NCBI GenBank assembly: GCA_963775435.1
Contig: CAVZIZ010000015.1
Coordinates: forward strand, 13,065 to 77,064
DNA length: 64,000 bases
DNA from: an uncultured Chloroflexia bacterium
GTDB taxonomy: Bacteria; Chloroflexota; Anaerolineae; Anaerolineales; Villigracilaceae
Direction of reading: 5' to 3'
Position 1 is the stretch's first letter. Each line of letters starts with the position of its first letter. This document shows, piece after piece, positions 40,507-49,520 of this stretch. Made by a program: the position numbers and the translations under genes. The notes below the pieces were generated by a model, which worked only from the letters and a program-made list of their open reading frames with translations, was not told the DNA's origin and made no database searches.

Positions 40507-43454
40507 TTGAAGGCTACTCGCAGAATACCCAGGCTTGCTGCAATCCTGTTGCTCGTTTTCATGCTCGTGAGTGCGGCGCAGCCGCCGCAGGCTGCCAGTG
40601 CGGCCGCTCCCAGCGATCCGCCCGCGCCCGGCGCGACGGTAAGGGTTGGGCCACTCGTCTATGCGGGCGTTTCGACTGTCCCGGTGCGGGACCTGCCCAC
40701 TGTGCCGGCCCCTCTACCGCTACTGCCAATCCCGTCGTTCCCCGGTCCCGAGCCCGCCATCCAACAGGCTCCCGCGAGGGTGGTTGCCCCCGTGCAAAGC
40801 ACATCGCCCGCGGTGAGCATGCCGAGCCCGTCAGTAAACGTTCCGGGCCTCAACCAGGCGGCTGCCGGCGCCAACTTGCCGCCCAATGCGACCGGTGATG
40901 TCGGCCCGAATCACTATTTGCAGGTCGTCAATACGACCCTGGGGATATTCGACAAGGCCGGCAACCTGCTCCAGACGATCAGCCTCAATGACCCCAGTGG
41001 TGTGGTCGATGGCCTTTTTCACAGTTCATTGCAGGCTGAGTGTCAGACCAACAACCATGGTGAGGCAGTTGTTATCTACGATCATCTGCATGACCGCTGG
41101 CTCGTGGCGGACGTGGCCTATACGAGTCTGCAAGACGGGCCATACTATGAATGTATAGGTATCTCGAACTCTCCCGATCCGCAGGGCACTTGGAGGGTGT
41201 TCGCACCCGAAACGGACAATCCGGCGGACTTGGTACCCCCCAATCCGGGCGATCCTCCGATTACCTGGTTGCCGTCCTACGCCAAGTTCGGATTGTGGCC
41301 CGAGAGCCTCTTCATGTCGGCGAATATGTACGATTGCGCAGACACCACCTGCACGACTAAGACATATAAAGGGGTGGGTGTCTGGGCCTTCAAGCTTGAT
41401 GATCTGGAGACCAAGTTTGCCCTGCACCAGTTGTATGCGGTCACAACCACGGCTTACTTCTCGTTGCTTCCCGGCAATCTGCGCGGACCGCTCCCTTCGG
41501 TCTCTCCGGTCCCTCCGGTCCCTCCGGCCCCTTCCGATGCCATAACCTACAGGGACTACTTCGTCTCGAGTGACACCAGCAGCGCGGCACTGGATGTCTG
41601 GACGTTCCAGGTGTATTGGGGCACTTCACTCTTTGACCCCGAGGGCGCGTTCACCGGGCCGACGCAGATCTCAGTGGCCTCCTTCGGATCGGTTCCAGCG
41701 ACCATCCCGGCTTCCGGCGGCGCCGGCCTTGACTTCCTCGGCACCCGCTTGATGATGCAAAACCAGTATCGAAACCACTTCGGGCAAGAGTCTTTGTGGC
41801 TTGCCCAAACAGTGGAAAGCGGCGGCTTCACCGGGATCCGCTGGTACCAGCTGGACGTGACCGGCGGGACGATCTCGCTGTCACCAAGGCAGTCTGCGAC
41901 TTACCTGCCATCAGATAGCGTCTATAGATGGCTGCCCAGCCTTGCGGTGGACCTTCAAGGCAACATGGCGATTGGCTACAGCGCCTCGAGTTCCAGCATC
42001 AACCCCGGCATCCGCTACGTCGGGCGTCTGGCTACCGACGCCCTGAACACTCTCGGGCAGGGCGAAAGCACGCTTCAGAGCGGAACGGGCTCACAAACCA
42101 CCAACTCGGGTTGGGGCGGGGCCAGTTCCATGACGGTCGATCCCGTGGACGACTGCACGTTCTGGTACACAAATGAGTACTACGTGTCCAACTCGGACAC
42201 GAACTGGCAGACTAGGATCGGTTCGTTCAAGTACCCCGACTGTGGCAACGACGACGTGGAGGTCCATGTTGCCAGTGCCCTCAAGGGCATCTATGACATC
42301 GGCAGCGGAGAAACTGGAATGCCGTCGTACTCGTCATTGCTCGATGGGCCGGTCCGGGTGATCGATGAGCATGGGCAGTACATCTTCACCAGCCAGGCAG
42401 TCACATCGGGCGGCAGCTACAACGAGACCATGGGCGTTCCCCCTGCTCAATTCACCACGGACTACTGGTTTCCCTTCTACGATCATGGGTACCCAACCGT
42501 GAGCGGGGATAACGTGCGCACCTGGATCCTGGTGGGCAATCCCAGCGACATCGATACGGCCATTGTCCACATCTATATTGGTGGCGCGGAGCAGCTCAAC
42601 AGCCCGTTCAGCGTCGCGCCGGGCAGCCGGGTGACCCCGCGCTGGATCGGGATGATCGGCAGCGGGCCGGTGCACGTCTCGAGTGACATCCCGGTATTTG
42701 CCAGCGAGCGCGAGTTCACCGTGCCGGACAACAGCTTCAGCGAGATGATGGGCTACCCGGGCGGACCAGCTCACCACAGAATACTGGTTCCCCTGGTACG
42801 ACTCGATCAACATGGACACCCGCATCAAGGTGGGCAACACGGACGCGGGCCAGACGGCGACCGTGGATATCTACATTGGCGCGACACACGAGGGGCAGTA
42901 CGTGATCCTGGCCAACGGGACCATTACGCAGTCCTACGCCAGCACCCTGGACGGGCCGGTGCGGGTGGTGAAGACCAGCGGCGGCAACATCGTGACCAGC
43001 CTGTGGACGCTGTCTGGGACCAACAACAGCTTCAACGAGATCATGGGCTATCCGGCGGATCAGTTCACGACGGAATACTGGTTCCCGTACTATGACCACG
43101 GCTACCCCGTGGTGGGCGGTGACAATATGCGTACGTGGGTGATGGTGGGAAACCCCAGCGGGAGCACGAACGCCCATGTGCACATCTATATTCACGGTCT
43201 CGAGCAGCCTGGCAGCCCGTTCACTGTGGCGCATGGCGATCGGGTAACGCCCCGTTGGATCGGGACGGTGGGTGGGCCGGTGCACGTGGTGAGCGACATC
43301 CCGGTATTCACCAGTGAGCGGGTGTTCACCGTGCCGGAGAACAGCTTCAACGAGATGATGGGCTATCCTGGCGAATCAGCTCAAGTCTGAGTATTGGTTC
43401 CCCTGGTATGACTCGATCAACATGGCAAACAGCATATTGATAAGCAGGCCATGA
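40507..43454 (+). CDS. Secreted WFPWYD-tail protein A: unknown head (propeller-like?) plus 4-unit tail; two apparent 1-nt insertions (about 42760 and 43370)
   Basis: GGAGG RBS and TTG start, with signal peptide (RIPRLAAILLLVFMLVSAAQPPQAASA). The head is homologous to gene C (GDVGPNHYLQVVN..., VDPVDDCTFWYTNEYY). The tail is read across listed ORFs 40507..43095 and 42812..43390, plus a final frame ending YWFPWYDSINMANSILISRP-TGA (43452-43454). Confidence 0.7.
42256..43454 (+). repeat. Four-unit WFPWYD tail of gene A
   Basis: WFP[FWY]YD motifs lie near 42470, 42790, 43080 and 43395. Units alternate ...YDHGYP.. and ...YDSINM.. endings. Confidence 0.8.
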
Positions 43455-43686
43455 GGCCACGCAAGAGCGCCTGCTGATTTCGCGCGCGGCCGGAAGCGGC
43501 TGCGTGCACTGGCTGAAACCGGAGACCGGCCGGGTGCCATTGGCCAAGGCCCGGCCAATCGCGCCGTAGCCACGCAAAGATCGCTCCGCTGGCCCCGCAG
43601 CGAGGATTGGAACTCTAAAGCGATGGGCATCTTGGCAGTGTCCGTTGCTTCCGCTCCGTTCGTGGCGTCTTGCGCAAGGAGGAGCC

Positions 43687-46156
43687 ATGTGTCGGATTTT
43701 CACCTTGTCTTCGATATCTAGGTTGGCTGGCATCGTTCTTGTTGGGAGCGTTCTCTTCTCGACGCCGAATCAGCTGGGAAACGTCGCGGCCCGCGCTCAG
43801 GGCGCGAGCTTAGGTAATGGCCCTGCCTCCCTGCCCCAGCCGGGCGTTCCGGCCATTAACCCAGCCAATCTGGCATTTCAGCAGGTGGCCAGCGGGTTAA
43901 GCTCCCCGGTGTTCGTAACCAATGCCGGCGATGGCTCAGGGAGATTGTTCATTTTGGAGAAGGCGGGGCGTATCCGGATCGTGAAGAACGGCGCCCTGCT
44001 GTCGCAACCTTTTCTTGACATCAGTTCCATCGTCAAGAGCACGAACTCCGAGCAGGGTCTGCTGGGGCTTGCCTTTCATCCTTCCTACGCCTCGAATGGT
44101 TATTTCTACGTGGCGTACACTGCAACCAGGCCAAGTGACTCAGTCGGCTCGATTCTTACCTTGGCGAGATACACGGTGTCCACCGATCCGGATGTCGCCT
44201 CCTCCGCCAGCGCCAGCGTCCTGCTCACCATCCAGCACCCCTCGCAGGGCAATCACAATGGCGGCATGCTGGCATTTGGTCCCGATGGCTATCTCTACTG
44301 GTCCACGGGCGATGGTGGCAGTGGCGGCGACCCACCCAACAACGCGCAGAATTTGGGTGTCCTGCTCGGCAAGCTTCTCCGTCTGGATGTCGACTCGGCC
44401 TCTCCCTATGCGGCGCCTTCCAGCAATCCGTTCTTCTCAAGTCCCAATGCGAATACGAAGTTGATCTGGGCCTATGGCCTCCGCAACTCCTGGCGCTACT
44501 CCTTCGATCGACTGACCGGGGACTTGTATATCGGGGACGTCGGTCAGAGCGCTTGGGAGGAGGTCGACTTCCAGCCGGCCGGCGATCCCGGCGGCGAGAA
44601 TTACGGGTGGCGCCTCATGGAGGGTTTCCACTGCTACAATCCGTCGACCAATTGTGATCCGCTCAACGTGACAACGCTGCCGGTCACGGAGTATGGCCAC
44701 AGCCCCGAGTGTGCAATAACGGGCGGCTATGTGTACCGCGGTTCGAACTTTCCTGCGCTTTACGGTCGCTATTTCTATGGGGACTATTGCAGCGGGAAAG
44801 TGTGGAGCCTGTACAACGACGGGGGCTGGACGGTGGAACAGCTCGTCGACACGCCCTACAGCATTTCCAGCTTTGGCCAGGACGAAGCCGGGGACTTGTA
44901 CCTGGTCGACCTGGGCGGCAGCGTCTATCGTATTGTCTATCAGGCGCACGCAGTTAGCACGTCGATTTCGAGTTCCCTCATGAGCAGCACGGACGTAGTC
45001 ACGGGCCAAACCATCTTCCAATCCTTCCTGGGACGCCTGGACGGTCCGGTGAAAGTGAAGGATGAGAACGGGGCTCCGATCTTCACGAGTCAGGTGGTGC
45101 TCTCGGGCCCGGGCAACAGCTTCAATGAGACCATGGGCTATCCGGTGGACCAGTTCACGACCGACTACTGGTTCCCGTGGTACGACCACGGCTATCCGGT
45201 TGTGGGCGGCGACAACGTGCGCACCTGGATTCTCGTCGGGAATCCCAGCGCCGGTGCGACGGCCCACGTGAACATCTACATCGGCGAGGCGTTGCAGTTG
45301 GGCAGTCCCTTCAGTATTGCGCCGGGCAGCCGGGTGACGCCGCGCTGGATCGGGACGATTGGTGGGCCGGTGCACGTATCGAGCGACATACCGGTGTTTG
45401 CCAGTGAACGGGTGTTCACGGTGCCGGACAACAGCTTCAGCGAGATGATGGGCTACCCGGCAAACCAGTTCACGACGGAGTACTGGTTCCCCTGGTACGA
45501 ACTCGATCAACATGGACACGAGCATCAAGGTGGGCAACACGAGTACAAGCCAGACGGCGGATGTGGACATCTACATAGGGAGCACCTACGAGGGGTCGTA
45601 CACGATCCCGCACGATCAGACGATCTCGGAGAGCTATGCGAGCACGCTGGATGGACCGGTGCGGGTGGTGTCGACCAACGGCATCGACATTGTGGCCAGC
45701 CAGTGGACGCTCTCGGGCAGCAGCAACAGCTTCAATGAGACCATGGGCTATCCGTTTGATCAGTTCACGACGGAGTACTGGTTCCCGTGGTACGACCATG
45801 GCTACCCCACGGTCAGTGGGGACAACGTGCGGACGTGGGTATTGGTGGGCAACCCGAGTGGCAGCAGTACGGCCACGGCGCACATCTACATCGGCGGCGT
45901 GGAGCAGTCGGGCAGTCCGTTCAGCATACCGGCGGGGACGAATGTGACGCCGCGCTGGATCGGCACCGTGGGTGGTCCGGTGCACGTGGTGAGCGACATC
46001 CCGGTCTTTGCGAGCGAGCGGGTGTTCACCGTACCGGAGGACAGCTTCAACGAGGTGATGGGCTACCCGGCGGATCAGCTCACGACTGAATACTGGTTCC
46101 CCTGGTATGAACTCGGTCAACATGCAACAACAGCATCTTGATCGAGCAGGCCTTAG
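43687..46156 (+). CDS. Secreted WFPWYD-tail protein B: PQQ-dependent sugar (glucose/sorbosone) dehydrogenase-like propeller head plus 4-unit tail; apparent indels at 45499-45502 and 46109-46145
   Basis: AAGGAGG RBS, ATG at 43687 and a signal peptide. The head has GLLGLAFHPSYASNGYFYVAYT, HNGGMLAFGPDGYLYWSTGDGG, AYGLRNSWRYSFD and GENYGWRLMEG. The tail spans listed ORFs 43645..45738 and 45512..46141. The corrected end would be ...NSILISRP-TAG (46154-46156). Confidence 0.7.
44992..46156 (+). repeat. Four-unit WFPWYD tail of gene B
   Basis: The M of the MGYP motif falls at 45133, 45448, 45743 and 46058. Spacings are 315, 295 (294 plus one extra base) and 315 nt. Confidence 0.85.
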
Positions 46157-46188
46157 GTTCGGATCGCGAGAGGTCTAAAGACTGATAT

Positions 46189-46220
46189 GCAGCACGGACG
46201 ACGTCCGTGCTGCGTTCTTG
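46189..46220 (+). terminator. Hairpin after gene B
   Basis: GCAGCACGGA pairs with TCCGTGCTGC (10 bp) and is followed by GTTCTTGT. Confidence 0.5.
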
Positions 46221-46347
46221 TACAGATTTCGGCGCGTGCCCCGTGATAGGACATATTCGGCGCGGGAAGGCGAGACGGGGCCGGGCGCTCCCCTTCCGAT
46301 GGCGTATCCTGGCAGGCACCCGGCGCCTCGCTTGATGCGCCATCGAC

Positions 46348-46353
46348 TATAAT
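46348..46353 (+). promoter_or_regulatory. Candidate -10 box upstream of gene C
   Basis: Perfect TATAAT 34 nt before the ATG at 46387. No good -35 at 17 nt. Confidence 0.3.
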
Positions 46354-46386
46354 CCAATCCCGATTCGATCACATCGAGGGATTTCA

Positions 46387-49283
46387 ATGATGAACAGGAT
46401 ATCCATCCGCGGACTTGCCCTCAGGCTCTTTTGGGCCTTGCTGCTCGCAAGCATTTTGCTCTCCGGCTCTGCCATGGGCCAGACCGAGTTCGCGCGTGCC
46501 CAGGCGCCCGGCGGGCCCGAGGTGATTCGGGCGTGGGCCCGGGCCTCAGCCAGCCGCTGCGGTCCTTCCCCCGGCTGTCGCCTGCCGCAGGCACCCCAGG
46601 GCATGGAGATCAACCCCGTCAGGCCGTTGCCTTCCTCGGCATCTCAGGCATTGACGCCCGAAGGCCCAACGGACTCGGCAATCGTGCAGTCCGCCCCGGT
46701 CGGTCCCTTGGTGCCTGCCGCCGGCGCCAACTTCGACGGTATTGGCTCCACCGGCTATCGTCCTCCGGACACCGAGGGCGACATCGGTTACGATCCGGCC
46801 TCCGGCAAGAAGTACTACATGCAGTTCGTCAACGTCTCCTATCAGATCTGGGACGTCACCAATCCGGCCTCGCCCGTCTCGGTGGCCGGACCCTCTGCCG
46901 GGCACAATCTTGTGGAGCGGACTTGCTCGCCGGCGTCAAGTGCCGCACCGCCGACGGCGGGGATCCGGTTGTGCTCTTCGATCATCTTGCCAACCGCTGG
47001 TTCGCCAGCCAGCTGGCCTTACAGCGCCAGCCAGCAATTTCCATCAGTGCATAGCGGTTTCGCAGACTGCCGATCCGACGGGCAGTTGGTACGCCTACGA
47101 TTTCCTGTGGAGCAACACCGTCATCAATGACTATCCCAAGTTCGCCGTCTGGCCGGATGGCTACTACCTGAGCGTCAATGAGTTCAACAATGTGGAACGG
47201 CCAGCGAGATCTTCGTGGGCGCCGGCGTGGCGGTCTTCGACCGCGCGGCGATGCTCACCGGCGCCCCGGCCAGCATGCAGAAGTTTGAGCTGGCGAGTGA
47301 GCTACGGCGGCATGCTTCCCAGCGACCTGGACGGTCCCGCGCCCGCCGCTGGCACTCCCAACTACTTCGCCGAATGGGAGACGGCATCCCCAGCGATGCA
47401 TTGCGCGTCTGGAACTTTCACGTGGACTGGACTACACCGCCAACTCCACCTTCGGTGTCGGATCCTCCTTCACGCCCAATCAGGTCATCTCGACTGTCGA
47501 GCCTGAACACGAGCGTCAGCCCGCGATTCCGCAGCCGAGGTACGACCCAGACGCTGGATACTCTCGCAGACCGCCTCATGCACCGCCTGCAGTACCGCGA
47601 CCTTCGGCTCGTACCAGACTCTGGTCGGCAACCACACGGTCCGCGTCGGTGCCAGCTACCCCGTATCACGCCGGCGTCTACTGGTTCGAGCTGCGCAACA
47701 GCGGCTCGACTGGTCCATCCATCAGCAGTCCACCTATTCACCCGATACCGAACAATCGCTGGATGGGCAGCATCGCCATGGACACGCGCCGGCGATATCG
47801 CCCTCGGCTATTCGGTCTCGAGCGCCAGCGTCTATCCGTCCGTGCGCTACACCGGCAGGCTGGCGACAGATACGCTCAACACGCATGCAGACCGAAGCCA
47901 CGCTGGTGGCCGGCGCCGGCTCGCAGACCGGCACGCAACCGCTGGGGTGACTACAGCATGATGGGTCGTGGACCCGGTCGACGACTGCACCTTCTGGTAC
48001 ACGCAGGAGTACTACAGCACCACCTGCGACGTACGGCTGGAAGACACGTATCGGCTCGTTCAAATTCCCGGCATGTACGTCGGTGGACGTGACGATCGGG
48101 CCCACCCTGATGGGTAGCTATGGCATTGCGAGTGACCACACGATCTCCGAGTCGTACCCGTCCCTGCTGGACGGTCCGGTGAAAGTGAAGGATGAGAACG
48201 GGGCTCCGATCTTCACGAGTCAGGTGGTGCTCTCGGGGCCGGGCAACAGCTTCAATGAGACGATGGGCTATCCGGTGAATCAGTTCACGACCGATTACTG
48301 GTTCCCCTACTACGACCACGGCTATCCGGTGGTGGGCGGGGACAACGTGCGCACCTGGATTCTCGTTGGGAATCCCAGCGCTGGTGCGACGGCCCACGTG
48401 AACATCTACATCGGCGAGGCGTTGCAGTTGGGCAGTCCCTTCAGTATTGCTCCGGGCAGCCGGGTGACGCCGCGCTGGATCGGGACGATTGGTGGACCGG
48501 TGCACGTGTCGAGCGACATACCGGTGTTTGCCAGCGAGCGGGTGTTCACGGTGCCGGACAACAGCTTCAGCGAGATGATGGGCTACCCGGCGAACCAGTT
48601 CACGACGGAATACTGGTTCCCCTGGTACGAACTCGATCAACATGGACACGAGCATCAAGGTGGGCAACACCAGCTCCAGTCTGACGGCCAACGTGGATAT
48701 CTATATTGGTGCGGTCAAGGAAGGCTCGTACACGATCCCGCATGACCAAACCAGCTCGTTCTCGTATGGCAGCGTGTTGGATGGACCGGTGCGGGTGGTG
48801 TCGACCAACGCCGTCGATATTGTGGCCAGCCAGTGGACGCTGTCCGGGAGCAGCAACAGCTTCAACGAGGTCATGGGGACGCCGTTCGACCAGTTCACGA
48901 CGGAGTACTGGTTCCCGTGGTACGACCATGGCTACCCCACGGTCAGTGGGGACAACGTGCGGACGTGGGTATTGGTGGGCAATCCGAGCAGCAGCAGTAC
49001 GGCAACGGTGCACATCTACATTGGGGGCGTGGAGCAGTCGGGCAGTCCCTTCAGCATACCGGCGGGTACGAATGTGACGCCGCGCTGGATTGGAACGGTG
49101 GGCGGGCCGGTGCATGTGGTGAGCGACATCCCGGTGTTTGCGAGCGAGCGGGTGTTCACGGTGCCGGAGGACAGCTTCAACGAGGTGATGGGCTACCCAG
49201 GGGATCAGCTGACGAGTGAATACTGGTTCCCCTGGTATGACTCCATCAACATGAACAACCGCCTCCTCATCAGCAGACCCTAG
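46387..49283 (+). pseudogene. WFPWYD-tail protein C (head paralogous to gene A); the head is broken by about ten or more frame changes as assembled
   Basis: Signal peptide MMNRISIRGLALRLFWALLLASILLSGSAMG. Head homology is scattered over listed ORFs 46387.., 46431.., 46742.., 47215.., 47649.. (GDPVVLFDHLANRWFASQLA, TADPTGSWYAYDF, RWGDYSMMG, DCTFWYTQEYY). The tail lies in ORFs 48083..48745 and 48642..49283 and ends NNRLLISRP-TAG. Confidence 0.6.
48083..49283 (+). repeat. Four-unit WFPWYD tail of gene C
   Basis: WFP.YD motifs lie near 48300, 48615, 48910 and 49225. Units 1-2 are near-identical in DNA to gene B units 1-2. Confidence 0.85.
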
Positions 49284-49309
49284 GCCGCGCACGGGATCAT
49301 CGCGAAGCA

Positions 49310-49346
49310 AGCACAGCCCGAGCCGACCTCGGGCTGTGCTCTTTCC
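49310..49346 (+). terminator. Hairpin after gene C
   Basis: AGCACAGCCCGAG-5 nt-CTCGGGCTGTGCT (13 bp) is followed by CTTTCC. Confidence 0.55.
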
Positions 49347-49520
49347 GTGAGTCGCAACGCCGCCGTCGTCCGTGCGGCCCGCACTTCACCAGTAGCTTGC
49401 ATGCTGCGTCACACCACCCCATGATAAAATCCGCAACTGTGCAGGCGAAAACAGGCATCTGAGTTGATCGTTGGGTTCATCGCCGCCCCTCGTGCCGCAA
49501 CGAGCTTTGGTCCGTCCTGA

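Noticed and set aside
43632-43649. Sigma-54-like -24/-12 element (TTGGCAG-N-GTTGCT) upstream of gene B
   Set aside because: The GG-to-GC spacing is one nucleotide longer than the consensus, and no enhancer-binding protein gene or upstream activator site was seen. It might deserve another look only if an indel error is found here.
44437-45570. Long antisense ORFs opposite real genes (for example 44437..45570, 53335..54528, 33422..34468, 7473..8294, 4983..5861)
   Set aside because: These are typical shadow ORFs of GC-rich coding DNA. Their translations are Arg/Gly/His-rich low-complexity sequence with no motifs, and they lie opposite genes with strong family signatures such as groEL.
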